The notes: a model not told the origin generated them from the sequence alone. Counted from the stretch's first letter, positions 54,210-63,861 are shown. The stretch: DNA of 64,000 nt from a virus (IMGVR_UViG_3300046781_000054:28059-92058), one strand, 5' to 3'. Translations and numbers: made by a program.

Positions 54210-54875
54210 TCACGCCCAGGGCGGGCGGCCGCCGTTCATCCACGCCGCGGTGTCGTTGCCGTCGAAGAGGACGACGCCGAGCGCGCGGGCGGCTTCGTGT
54301 GCCTCCGTGGTGTAGCCGCTCGTGGTGACGATCGCGGCGTTCGTGCATCCGGCCTGGGTCGCGGCGCCCGCGGTGGTGCGGACTGTTTCCCCGCCGACCT
54401 TGTTCTTCGGGCTGTAGCGCTTGCACTGGATCAGCCAGCGGGTGCCGTTGGTGAGGTGGACGAGTCCGTCGCATCCGCGGTCGCGGGTCTGGCCTGTGCG
54501 GGAGGCGTGGGCGACGAGGGGGCTCTGTTGGGCGCGTTCGACGACGGCGTCCTCGAAGCGGTCGTGGTGCATGGTCTGGAGGCGTCCGAGGGTGGCCTGG
54601 CGGGGTATCGCGGACCGCTTGGGGATGCGGGCGGCGATCTGGTCGACGTGGTGGAAGAACGGGGCGAGGCGTCCGGGCCGGAACGAGGTCACGACTGCGA
54701 GGACGGCCAGGACGAAGACGATGATGAGGGCGGCGATGGTCTGGGCGGGCCAGGTGACGTAGGAGAAGTAGCCGATGAGGAGGGTGAGTCCGATACCGCT
54801 CCAGGTGATGCGGGGTAAGACGGCACGCCGTCGGCGGCTGGGGGCGGTGCGGATGTGCTGCTGCTGGATGGTCAT
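54210..54875 (-). CDS. Membrane-anchored Mrr-like (PD-(D/E)xK) endonuclease
   Basis: Two TM helices; FEDAV...DRGCDG...IQCKRY...VTTSGYT..A. Confidence 0.85.
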   Translation of the reverse strand: MTIQQQHIRTAPSRRRRAVLPRITWSGIGLTLLIGYFSYVTWPAQTIAALIIVFVLAVLAVVTSFRPGRLAPFFHHVDQIAARIPKRSAIPRQATLGRLQTMHHDRFEDAVVERAQQSPLVAHASRTGQTRDRGCDGLVHLTNGTRWLIQCKRYSPKNKVGGETVRTTAGAATQAGCTNAAIVTTSGYTTEAHEAARALGVVLFDGNDTAAWMNGGRPPWA

Positions 54876-54890
54876 GGGTTCCCCCGAGGT

Positions 54891-55382
54891 CTAGTTGTGG
54901 ATGTTGGTCTTGCCGAGCCACTTTTGGTGGACGTGGGTGGTGTTGAAGGTGGTGGGCCCGCCCGTGCCGCGTCCTGCGGAGGGCAGTTTGAGGGCGAGGA
55001 TGATGACGGCGAGCCAGAACAGGCCGCCGCTGGTGACGCCGGCGAGGCCGGTCATGGCTTGGCCGACGCCGTAGCCGACGCCTGCGGCGAAGGCGCCCCC
55101 GCCGACTCCGGCGCCGATCATGCGCTGGGCCATCGGGTCGAGGAGCGGTTGCGGGGTGAGGTCGCGGGCGGGCAGTGCCTGCATGGGCTGCACGTACTGC
55201 TTGGGGACGGCGACCATGACGCGCGGGTCTTCGGCGGAGGGGACGTAGACGACGGCGGGGCGTTCGTCGTATAGCTCGATCGCGTTGTTGGTGGGGCGGG
55301 TGGCGGGTGTGTTGGGGGGGTGGGTGGGCTGCCCGGCCGTGGTGGCGTTGGGCTGCTGGTACGGCGCGGGCAGACGGTTCAC
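54891..55382 (-). CDS. Small membrane protein of the transfer/spread region (Spd-like)
   Basis: Gly-rich TM pair; AGGAG RBS. Confidence 0.7.
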   Translation of the reverse strand: MNRLPAPYQQPNATTAGQPTHPPNTPATRPTNNAIELYDERPAVVYVPSAEDPRVMVAVPKQYVQPMQALPARDLTPQPLLDPMAQRMIGAGVGGGAFAAGVGYGVGQAMTGLAGVTSGGLFWLAVIILALKLPSAGRGTGGPTTFNTTHVHQKWLGKTNIHN

Positions 55383-55408
55383 GGGGCGGGGTCTCCTGTC
55401 GTGGTGGG

Positions 55409-57715
55409 TTAGTTGGTGGGGGTGATCTGGTAGGTGCCGCGGCTGACGACTTGGACGATTCCGGCTTCTCGGAGTTCGGCCATGGCGTTGTTGACGCTGG
55501 CCGGGGCCGCGTCGATGTGCTTGCGGACATCCTTGAGGGGGCGGGGTTCACCGTCGGCGAGGACGCCGAGGATGCGATCCTTGATGGTTCCGGCCGACGG
55601 CTCGTCGTCGTCCTCGTCGTCGACACCGATCAGTTCGCGGGCGGTCGCGGTGTCCTCGCTGGCGGGCTCGTCGTCGCCGGCGAGGAGTTGCTCGGCGAAG
55701 GCGAGCCACTTCGCGTATGACTTCTGGAAGACAGCGTCCTCTTCGGGGGTGAGCCTCGGGATGGGGCGGGATTCCATGAGGGCGATCAGCCCGGGGTAAG
55801 TCTTGTTTTCCTTGCGGGCGAACCAGGTGCGGGCAGTGAAGAGGCTGCCGCCCTGGATGATGTTGGCCATGCCTGCGGTGATGGGCCCGTTCTTGGCCTC
55901 CTTGCCTTGGAACGCGGCATCGATGGTGCTGCCGCCGCCGATGTTGAAGTAGCGCGGGATCGGCTCGGGGTACACGCCGGGCGGCAGGACTCCGTCTGTG
56001 GCCATGTGCTTGGTGGTGCTGCTGTTCGTCCTCCCCAACCAGACGGTGCCGTTCTTCGCGTTGGCGCGGATGCGGTCTTTGTCGCCGAGGTCGGCCAGGT
56101 GAATGGACTGGGCGGCGAAGCGAATGCCCTTGCCGAGCTTGCGGCCGGTGGACTGGTTGTCACCGACAAGGCCGGTCACCCACTTCCGGAAGTCGCGCGG
56201 GACGGTGGCGTCGGCGGACAGGATGCGGTTCAGCTCGTCGAGGGTGTCGTTGGCGATGCGCCAGGGCTTGAGCGGCTCGAAGCTGCCCCATCCGTTTGCG
56301 GCGCTGATCTTCTCCCGGTATTTGCCGAGGTCGTTGGAGGCGGCGATGGTTGCGGCGACTGCGGCGATGCCCTTTCCGAAGTGGTAGATCCGTCCGTCGG
56401 CTTCGGGGATGGACATGCCGTCCTGGGCGTCTGCGGCGATCGACACGATTCCGTTGATGCGTTCGGCGGCCAGGATGGTCAGCAGGGTGACGGACTTGCC
56501 TGCGCCAGGGGCGCCGACCATGAGGTCGGTGACAGCACCCATAGCCGGGTCGTACAGCGGGATGCGCGCCTGGCGGCCGTCGGGGCGCAGTCCAATGGCG
56601 ATGGTGCCGTCCGCGTCCATGGTGAGGTCTTCGATGGTGGCTTCGCGGACGTTCAGCAGTGGGTGAGTCTTGTAGATGGAGATGAGGCCATCGCCAAGGC
56701 CGTCTGTTTCCACCATCACGAGGGAGGCGTCGGCGACTTTGAGGGCGCGGGTGATGAGTTTCTGGTTGAGCTGGATGATCTGGTCTTCTGGTGCGCTGAC
56801 GCGGTAGGCGACCCGGTTGGTGTCGGCCCGGAACGCGTTGAGGATCATGCCTTCGGTGGGGCCGCCCTTGCGGGCGAGCTTTTCGTGCCACCAGCGTTCG
56901 GCGGGGTGCGCGGCCTGCTGCTGGACCTGGTCGAGGGTCGGCTTTGCGGTGAGGAGCTTGCGGCCGGGGCCGGAGTCCTTGATGAGCTGGAGTTCGACGG
57001 TGCCGGGGGGCAGGTCGAAGATGGCGGCGAGCGCGTCCGCGGACAGGGTGGGGGCTTCGTCGCCGGTTTCGGCGATGACGATGCCCCAGAAGTCGGGCAG
57101 GAGCTCCCCGGTGGCGGGGTTGGTCAGCTGGACGACGCCGGTGAGTCGGCTGGTGCCGGTCTTCTTCGACGTCTCCCACTGTCCGGTGCGGTAGTCGGCG
57201 TAGGAGGCGGGCACGGCCGGGGTCGTCTGCTGGTCCTGGTCGTGGAGGGGGGCCGGGGCGAGGGCGGGCAGCTGCTCGGGGGTCAGGTTGGCGGCGTGGG
57301 TGAGGGGTGTCGTGTACGTCATGACGCCGCCCCAGACCGGGCCGAGTGCGTACTCCCACCAGGAGCTGCCGGGGGTGAGGAGGGCGGCGAGGTAGGTGCC
57401 GGATGCGGTGAGGGCGGGTGCGAGTCGTTGCGCGGACTTGAGCAGCCGCCAGCCGAGCGGCTCAGCGTCCCACTTCTTCGACAGCCACCAGGCGCCGCCG
57501 ATGCCGGTGAGTCCGGCGGCGATGTGCGCGGGCCAGTAGTCGGTCTGCGGGCCGATCGTGATGCCGAGGGTGGCAGCACCGTAGGTGAGCCGCTCGAGGG
57601 CCTTGCGGCGGCGCAAGGAGCGTGCGGACACGATCCGCGGCGCGCGGGCGGTCGGCTGCTGCGCGGGGGCGAGAAGCAGCGGGCTGGTGGGCTGGAGGTC
57701 GGTGGCCACGGCCAT
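55409..57715 (-). CDS. traB: TraB-like FtsK/SpoIIIE conjugative DNA translocase
   Basis: N-terminal TMs, Walker A GAPGAGKS, Walker B LDE, GRKLG...AAQ, C-terminal wHTH. Confidence 0.85.
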   Translation of the reverse strand: MAVATDLQPTSPLLLAPAQQPTARAPRIVSARSLRRRKALERLTYGAATLGITIGPQTDYWPAHIAAGLTGIGGAWWLSKKWDAEPLGWRLLKSAQRLAPALTASGTYLAALLTPGSSWWEYALGPVWGGVMTYTTPLTHAANLTPEQLPALAPAPLHDQDQQTTPAVPASYADYRTGQWETSKKTGTSRLTGVVQLTNPATGELLPDFWGIVIAETGDEAPTLSADALAAIFDLPPGTVELQLIKDSGPGRKLLTAKPTLDQVQQQAAHPAERWWHEKLARKGGPTEGMILNAFRADTNRVAYRVSAPEDQIIQLNQKLITRALKVADASLVMVETDGLGDGLISIYKTHPLLNVREATIEDLTMDADGTIAIGLRPDGRQARIPLYDPAMGAVTDLMVGAPGAGKSVTLLTILAAERINGIVSIAADAQDGMSIPEADGRIYHFGKGIAAVAATIAASNDLGKYREKISAANGWGSFEPLKPWRIANDTLDELNRILSADATVPRDFRKWVTGLVGDNQSTGRKLGKGIRFAAQSIHLADLGDKDRIRANAKNGTVWLGRTNSSTTKHMATDGVLPPGVYPEPIPRYFNIGGGSTIDAAFQGKEAKNGPITAGMANIIQGGSLFTARTWFARKENKTYPGLIALMESRPIPRLTPEEDAVFQKSYAKWLAFAEQLLAGDDEPASEDTATARELIGVDDEDDDEPSAGTIKDRILGVLADGEPRPLKDVRKHIDAAPASVNNAMAELREAGIVQVVSRGTYQITPTN

Positions 57716-57733
57716 GTCCTTTCGTGTGGCGGG

Positions 57734-58240
57734 TTAGCGGGAGGCGGGGGTGAAACCGGGCTTGGGCTGCTCGTACGGGGAGGCGTTGACGGCTTCGTAG
57801 ATGCCGCCGTACTCGGTGTCGTGGGCGTCCTTGACGCCCTGGGCGTCGGCTTCCATCTGGTCGGCGGCCTGGGCGACTTCACCGGAGGCGTCGGCGACCC
57901 GCTCGAACGCGGCAGCAACCTCGTGGGCCTGGGCCTGGAAGCGTCCGTCGACACCGGCCGGGGCGAGCTGTTCGGCGAGGCGGCGGGCCCTTTCGGCGTC
58001 CTTGCGCATGAGCCGCTGCAGCAGGTTCAGCTGCTCCTTGAGGATCGCGGCGGCCGCGGCGAGGGCGAGGATGCGCAGGCCGAGACTGAGGAAGTTGAGG
58101 ATGCCGCCGATGGCGCCTCCCCAGGACCACTTCTCGGGGGCTTGTTCCTGGGTGGCGGGCAGGTTGGTGCCGGTGGCGGCCTGGACTTCGGCGCTGGTCT
58201 GTACGGAGGTGGGTTCGATGGTGTTGGGGTCGTCGCTCAC
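57734..58240 (-). CDS. Transfer-region helical protein
   Basis: GTG 58240 after GAGGAG RBS; long amphipathic helices. Confidence 0.75.
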   Translation of the reverse strand: MSDDPNTIEPTSVQTSAEVQAATGTNLPATQEQAPEKWSWGGAIGGILNFLSLGLRILALAAAAAILKEQLNLLQRLMRKDAERARRLAEQLAPAGVDGRFQAQAHEVAAAFERVADASGEVAQAADQMEADAQGVKDAHDTEYGGIYEAVNASPYEQPKPGFTPASR

Positions 58241-58251
58241 AGCGCTGCTCC

Positions 58252-60753
58252 TCAGGTGCGGTTGTGGACGGGGGCGGACGGGGTGAGCAGACCGGCGTCG
58301 GCGGTGGCGTCGGCGATGGGCCGGTAGGCGTCGTTGAGGTCGTTGTCTGCGGTCTCCGACATTTCGGCTGCCTCGAGGCTGGAGATCTCCATCTCGTCGG
58401 ACATGGCGGCGAGGAGTTCCATGGACTCGGACAGGCGGGCCATGGAGCCGGTGAACAGGGCGCCGATCAGGTTGTTCTCCACGGCGAGTTCCTCGGCGAA
58501 CGCTTCCAGGGTGGAGGCGAGGCTGCGGGCCCGGTCGGAGAGTTTCGAGCACTTGGCGTGGGTCTTGAACGCGTCGTCCTTGAAGTCGCCGTACTCGTCG
58601 AGGGCGTCGTCGAGGGTGATTTCGGTGGCGTGCTGGGGGTCCATGTGGCGGGACTGCGCGGTGACGGCGCCGGCGCGGCGGGCGGCCTGGTGGCGGGCCT
58701 TGACCAGGCGGGGGTCCTGCGACGGAACGGGGGCGGGTGCGGGAGGCATGGGAATCGGCTCCTTCGGGCGGGTGGTGCCGGGGCGTGCGGTGTGCGGTTC
58801 GGGCGCGGGAGGCAGGGCGTCGACGCCGCGGGTGATGGCTCCGGCCGGGGTGCCGCCGCCGTTGTCGGTGGTGGTCGGCTGGTCGTCGCGTTCGACGGTC
58901 CAGGTGGTGGGGCCGGTGCTGGCGGCGTTCTCGAAAGGCGACTTGCGTGCGCCGCGCGGGCCCGGGCCGGACGTCGGACCGGTACCACCGTCGGTCGGGG
59001 TGTCGTCGGCGGTGGTCGCGTCGCCAAAGCGGTCGCCCTTGAAGTCGTCCCCGCGGCGGTCCCAGGCGGCTCGGGCGCGGTCGCGGGCCCTTCGCCAGGA
59101 GTCCTTACGGCCCGGCCCGGTCGAGGCGCCTTTCGGGGCTTTCGGGGGCGTGGTCGTGCCTGGGCCCTTGGTGGTCTTGGTCGTGTCGTCTGCGGCGGCG
59201 GTCTTCTTCTCGCGCTTCTTGTCGTTCTTCCACAGCGGGGGCACGCCGCGGTCGGTGCCGCGCTTGGTCCACCGGTCGTCGGCCGACCGGGCGGTGTCGC
59301 CTTTGACGGCGTCCCACAGCTTGGTGCGCCCGGCATTGGCTGCGGCGGTCGTCTCCTTCGCGCGGCGGGCGTCGTCCTTCTTCTGCTGCCTGGCGTCGGC
59401 CCTGGCTGCGCGCTGGTTCTGCTTGGCGTCGAACTTGCCCTGGCGGACCTGCTCGCGGCGGCCTTCCTTCGCGTCGGCGCGGGCGTTGCGGATGCGGTCC
59501 TTGGTTGCCTGGCGGGCCTGCTTGGGCGCGTACTTGTTGTCGCGGGCGGCCGCCTGGTCCTTGGCCTTGCCCTGGAGGCGGGCGGCCTGCCGGTCTGCCT
59601 TGCGCTGCAGGCGTCCGTCCTGGCGTGCCGCGGCCCGCTCCTTGCGGTTACGTCCGCCACCGCCGGGGGCGCCGGCGGACGGGCTGCCGTTCTTCTTGCT
59701 GGCGCCGTTCTTGCCGCCGTTCTTCTTGAGGCTGTAGCCGCCGGACTGCGACGTGCGGTGGGGGGACTTGGGGGGCTGCTTCTTCGAGGTGCCACTGCCC
59801 GAACCGCTGGTCTTCTTCTTCGCGCCGCCGGATCCGCTGCCGTTGCTGCGGTTCGTCTTGGACGTGCCACCACTGCCGCTGGTGTTCTTCTTCGCGCCGC
59901 CGCCGGGGCCGGCCGAACCGGAGCCCGTGCTGGTGCGGTTCTTCTTGCCACCGCTACCGCCGCGGCCACCGCCGAGAGTACTGCCGCCTCCGGTGCCGCG
60001 GGACGCCTTCGAGCCCGAACCCGTGCCGCTGGCGCCGCCCTTGCTGCCGCCGCGTCCACCGGTTCCTGCACCGGTGCTCCGGTTGCCCGTCGCGGCTGAG
60101 CCGCTACGGCCGCCGAGCGTCTTGCGCCCGTACTCCTGACCGGAAGGAACCTTGCTGGCGTTCTTGGCGCGCTGCTCGGCCGTCTTCCCGCCCAGGCTCT
60201 GCATGGCGGTGGCGTGCTTGTCGTGGGCCTTCTGCGCGTCCAGCTGGTGCTTGGCCGCGGCCTGCTCGGCGCTGTAGCCGTGCTCGGCCATGGCCAGCTG
60301 GTGCTTGAGGCGGGCTTCGCGCAGGGGTGCGTGTTCGGCGGCGCGGGCCATGCGGCGCTGGCGGATGTCTTCCGCCAGGGTCACGGAGCCGCGGAGCGCG
60401 GCGACGGCAACGGCGAGGGTCGCGGCCAGGGAGAGGGCACCCAGGCGCGGTCCGGCCGCCGGGCCGTCGTTGCGGAAGGTGTCGGGCAGGCCGGGTTCGG
60501 GGTTCTGCGTGGTGACGACGGGCGCGGTGAGGGTGGTGCCGGGCAGGGAGTCGATCAGGTCGAGGGGGCTGCGGCGGGCCCGGTCACCGGTTCCGTTTTC
60601 GGGCGGGATGGTGGGCTGTGGCGGGATGACCGGGCCAAGGCTGTCGTCAATCTGCGTGGGGGCGATGGGGGTGAGATTGAAGCCGGTTCGGCCGGTGCGG
60701 CGTCCGAAGCTGATGACGTTGTCGCTGCTGGTGTGGTCGTCGGTGCTGCTCAT
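58252..60753 (-). CDS. Large transfer-region protein (hydrophobic segment, Gly/Lys-rich disordered middle, helical C-domain)
   Basis: Codon bias, RBS, operon with traB. Confidence 0.8.
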   Translation of the reverse strand: MSSTDDHTSSDNVISFGRRTGRTGFNLTPIAPTQIDDSLGPVIPPQPTIPPENGTGDRARRSPLDLIDSLPGTTLTAPVVTTQNPEPGLPDTFRNDGPAAGPRLGALSLAATLAVAVAALRGSVTLAEDIRQRRMARAAEHAPLREARLKHQLAMAEHGYSAEQAAAKHQLDAQKAHDKHATAMQSLGGKTAEQRAKNASKVPSGQEYGRKTLGGRSGSAATGNRSTGAGTGGRGGSKGGASGTGSGSKASRGTGGGSTLGGGRGGSGGKKNRTSTGSGSAGPGGGAKKNTSGSGGTSKTNRSNGSGSGGAKKKTSGSGSGTSKKQPPKSPHRTSQSGGYSLKKNGGKNGASKKNGSPSAGAPGGGGRNRKERAAARQDGRLQRKADRQAARLQGKAKDQAAARDNKYAPKQARQATKDRIRNARADAKEGRREQVRQGKFDAKQNQRAARADARQQKKDDARRAKETTAAANAGRTKLWDAVKGDTARSADDRWTKRGTDRGVPPLWKNDKKREKKTAAADDTTKTTKGPGTTTPPKAPKGASTGPGRKDSWRRARDRARAAWDRRGDDFKGDRFGDATTADDTPTDGGTGPTSGPGPRGARKSPFENAASTGPTTWTVERDDQPTTTDNGGGTPAGAITRGVDALPPAPEPHTARPGTTRPKEPIPMPPAPAPVPSQDPRLVKARHQAARRAGAVTAQSRHMDPQHATEITLDDALDEYGDFKDDAFKTHAKCSKLSDRARSLASTLEAFAEELAVENNLIGALFTGSMARLSESMELLAAMSDEMEISSLEAAEMSETADNDLNDAYRPIADATADAGLLTPSAPVHNRT

Positions 60754-60876
60754 CTCGGCCCCCTTTCCGGGGTTGACAGTGGGTGATCGGGTCGGGCACT
60801 CTCACGCGCGCGCGTCGCGCGCGCTCATTGGGGCGCATCGTCACCTCGTTTTCGGGTGGGTGATGATGACGATTCG

Positions 60877-61101
60877 TCACTCCGTGTGAGGCGAGTTGTG
60901 GTGCTGGAAGAAGCTGTGGAGGTGTTGGGCGAGGGCGTCGTCGAGGGGCGGCTGGCCGTTCTTCACGGCGTTGCGGGCGAGCATCCGGCACGCGTCGAAC
61001 CAGACCGCGACACGCTGTTCCGGGGTGGTGGCCTTGGACTGCTTGTCGTTCCAGAAGTCGGCCTGGTTTCGGCGCCGGTTGGCTTCCGCTTGGGGGGTCA
61101 T
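60877..61101 (-). CDS. Hypothetical protein
   Basis: ATGA coupling. Confidence 0.7.
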   Translation of the reverse strand: MTPQAEANRRRNQADFWNDKQSKATTPEQRVAVWFDACRMLARNAVKNGQPPLDDALAQHLHSFFQHHNSPHTE

Positions 61102-61652
61102 CCGGTCTCCCCCATGTTGAAGACGTGGGCGAAGTCACCGAGCGGGTCGCTGCCGGCCGTGGCGCTGGTGTAGGCGTGCGGGTGGGGGGTGTTGTAGACG
61201 ACCTGCGGGGCGGCGGCTGGCGGCTGCGGGTATCCGGTTCGCGGGTCGGCCGCGAGGTGGTGGGCGGACTCGGTGAGGGTCTGCGCAGTCAAAGCGTGGG
61301 CCTTCTCCCTGGTCAGGGCCCTGCGCTGGTCTCGCTGCTCCTTCTTCGCGAGGGCCGCGGCCCGCCGGGCGGGCAGTTCGATGACTTCGCGGCGGTGGGT
61401 GCCTTCGATCGCTTCGAAGACGCCGGCGGCCTTCTCCAGAAGGGTGATGGCCTGCTGGAACTTCTTGTCGACCTTCTTGGCGCGACGGTTCGCGGAGCCG
61501 GGCTTGTCGCCGTCGATCTGGGTGGTGGCCAGGCGGTTCTTGATGATGAGGGCGATCTGCCGGAGCTCGCGGGCGTCGTTGATGAGGGTGTCGCGCTGGT
61601 CGCTGGTGAACGCGCGCATCCCGCTCGCTGTGGTGATCTCGTTCAGGTCCAT
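61098..61652 (-). CDS. Transfer-region protein (TraA-like)
   Basis: AAGGAG RBS; RRAKKV...LEKAA helical pattern. Confidence 0.65.
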   Translation of the reverse strand: MDLNEITTASGMRAFTSDQRDTLINDARELRQIALIIKNRLATTQIDGDKPGSANRRAKKVDKKFQQAITLLEKAAGVFEAIEGTHRREVIELPARRAAALAKKEQRDQRRALTREKAHALTAQTLTESAHHLAADPRTGYPQPPAAAPQVVYNTPHPHAYTSATAGSDPLGDFAHVFNMGETG

Positions 61653-61666
61653 GGGTCTGTTTCTCC

Positions 61667-62047
61667 TTACGCGGACTTCGTGTTGCGGGCTGCGGCGTAC
61701 AGGTCCTGGGCGGTCTTGAGGCGGTCCCAGGCCGTGGTCTGCTTCAGACCCAGTCGGGTCATCACGTCCTCGAGGGACACGGCCTTGGCGTCACCGGCCT
61801 TGTGCATCCAGGACAGAACGGCGTTGATCTGCCCGCGGCGCCAGTTCCTGCCAACGCGTCCCTGGAGGTCTGCCAGCCCGTCGAGTTCCTGCGCGGTCTC
61901 GCCTGCCTGGACTGCCAGCGTGTCCGCCAGTGCCAGCGGGAGGACTGCCAGCGCGGTCTCTACGCCGTGCCGGGTGCACAGTGGGAGGGGCTGGGTGGTG
62001 GCAGGCGCCGACTGGCAGTTGATGACGGTGCACTGGGTCGGGATCAC
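61667..62047 (-). CDS. Zinc-finger plus C-terminal HTH protein
   Basis: CxxxxC...LCxxH; SLEDVMTRLGLKQTTAWDRL. Confidence 0.65.
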   Translation of the reverse strand: MIPTQCTVINCQSAPATTQPLPLCTRHGVETALAVLPLALADTLAVQAGETAQELDGLADLQGRVGRNWRRGQINAVLSWMHKAGDAKAVSLEDVMTRLGLKQTTAWDRLKTAQDLYAAARNTKSA

Positions 62048-62463
62048 GGGGTGCCTTTCACTGGCAGATCGGGTTGGCAGTCAGGATGCGAGGCGGACGG
62101 GCTTTGCCAGGTCGGTGTGGCCGGCTTCGACGGCGAGGGTCCTGAGCTGCTGGGCTCGGGATCGGGAGACGTCGAGGGCCTTGCCGAGGGTGGCGTCGGA
62201 GGGTGCCTTGCCGTCCTGCTGCTTGAGGAGCTGGTAGACGTCGACGACGTGGTCGATGTCGACGGGGCTGGCACTGGTAGCAGGGCTGTGGCTGGTGTTG
62301 GCACGGTCGCTGTTGGCAGGGCTGGCAGTGGCTGGGCGGGGGTTGCTGGCAGATCGGTTGGCAGATCCGGTGGGGGTGTTGGCACTGGCACTGGCAGCCG
62401 GGGTGGCAGCCGGTGTGCTGGCAGTGGCGGGTCGGCTGGCAGGTGTCTGGTTGGCAGTGGCAG
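61848..62463. repeat. Cluster of ~23 TGGCA(G/C) short repeats
   Basis: 18 on plus (61998-62463) and 5 on minus (61848-61950), spanning two CDSs and the intergenic gap. Confidence 0.75.
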
Positions 62464-63715
62464 CTCGCATGGCCTGCGCGGCGCGGGTGGCGGCGGCTTC
62501 CTTCCGCTCGGCCTCGATGCGGGCGGCCTCTGCGGCGTCCTTGGCACGGCGGGCGGCGTCTGCGGCACGCTGCTGCTCGTCGGCGATACGGCGGGCGTTG
62601 GCGATCCGCTGCTGCTCCTGCTCGCGCTCGAACGCGGCCTGGGTCTGCTGGCGCTGGAAGTCGGCGGCTTCGTCGGCGTCCCGCTTGGTGCGGGCGATCT
62701 CGTCGAGGCGGGCCTGCGCCTCGGCGTCGGCGATCCGCTGCTGCCGGTCGGCGTCGGCCTTCTCCTGCGCCAGGGCGAGAGACTCCCGCTCGTTGGCGAT
62801 CCGGTCGGCGTCGGCCTTCGATGCGGCTTCGTCGTCGAGGCGCTTCTGCTCGCGGGCGTGGGCCTCCTGCTCGCGGCGGCGGGCGTTCTCGGCCTCTCGC
62901 TTCTCGTCGGCGATGCGCTGGGCTTCGGCGAGCTGCTTGGCGGCCTCTTCTTCGGGGAGGGCGAGGGCGTCGGTGATGGACAGGCCGTCCTTGGTGGCGA
63001 GGCGCAGGACGAGGAGCTTGTCGGCGGTGGCCTTGCGGCGCCAGCCGAGGCGTCCGAAGTCCTTGCGGAGCTGGCCGATGAAGATGCGGCGCTCCCGCTC
63101 GAGGCTGAGGACGTCGTCCCACTTGCGGATGGCCCACAGGCGCTGGCGGCGCCACAGGATGAACGTGCCGACCGGCTTGAGGAACCAGCAGGAGACCGGG
63201 GGGCCTTCCATGTGCTTGTCGGCGGTGATGTCGGCGATCCGGCCGACGGCGTGCCGGGCGGCTTCGACGGCGATGACGAACAGGAGGGGGATGACGCCGT
63301 GCATGCCCATGCCGAGCTTGTCGGGGTAGGCGGTGGCGGCGTTGAAGGCGATGGTGGCGGCGGTGAGGAGCCAGGCCCCGTAGCGGAGGACGGGGAAGGA
63401 CATGCGGAGCCAGGTGAGGAGCAGGTCGAGGGCGAGGAAGGCGATGATGCCGGCGTCGACGGCGACGGGGAATGCGCGGGCGAAGCCGCCGAAGTGCTTT
63501 TCGCGGGCGAGTTCGGTGACGGCGTCGTAGGAGCCGATGAAGCCGAGGGTGGCGATGGTGAGGACGCCGGCGCCGATGATGCCGATGAGGATCTTCTGGG
63601 GTTTGGTGAGGTTGAGTGCGGTCTTGGTGGGGGGTGTCCCCGGCGCGGTGGGCGCGAGGGTGCCGTCCGCGGGGGCGGGGCGGTGCGGCTCGTTGCCGGC
63701 CGGGGTGGCGTTCAT
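62081..63715 (-). CDS. DUF2637 / SpdB-like spread protein (TMs, coiled coil, C-terminal HTH)
   Basis: GFIGSYDAV.ELA...FPVAVDAGI...TIAFNA...HGVIPLLFVIAVEAAR. Confidence 0.85.
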   Translation of the reverse strand: MNATPAGNEPHRPAPADGTLAPTAPGTPPTKTALNLTKPQKILIGIIGAGVLTIATLGFIGSYDAVTELAREKHFGGFARAFPVAVDAGIIAFLALDLLLTWLRMSFPVLRYGAWLLTAATIAFNAATAYPDKLGMGMHGVIPLLFVIAVEAARHAVGRIADITADKHMEGPPVSCWFLKPVGTFILWRRQRLWAIRKWDDVLSLERERRIFIGQLRKDFGRLGWRRKATADKLLVLRLATKDGLSITDALALPEEEAAKQLAEAQRIADEKREAENARRREQEAHAREQKRLDDEAASKADADRIANERESLALAQEKADADRQQRIADAEAQARLDEIARTKRDADEAADFQRQQTQAAFEREQEQQRIANARRIADEQQRAADAARRAKDAAEAARIEAERKEAAATRAAQAMRAATANQTPASRPATASTPAATPAASASANTPTGSANRSASNPRPATASPANSDRANTSHSPATSASPVDIDHVVDVYQLLKQQDGKAPSDATLGKALDVSRSRAQQLRTLAVEAGHTDLAKPVRLAS

Positions 63716-63750
63716 GACGGGTCGTTGTCCTCTCTGAGCGGCGGGTCGGG

Positions 63751-63861
63751 TCAGGCGTCGTGGGCGTCGTCGGTCTGCGTCTGCCGGGTGGGCCAGTGGA
63801 CGGCGAGGAAGGTCGCGGCGATTCCGGCGAAGATGAACGTGATGGTGATGAGCAGTGCCAT
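63751..63861 (-). CDS. Small membrane peptide (36 aa)
   Basis: AAGGA RBS; single TM helix. Confidence 0.5.
   Translation of the reverse strand: MALLITITFIFAGIAATFLAVHWPTRQTQTDDAHDA

Noticed and set aside
12147-54875. MTase plus Mrr-like nuclease as a type II R-M system
   Set aside because: About 40 kb apart in different modules, and the nuclease is membrane-anchored Mrr-like
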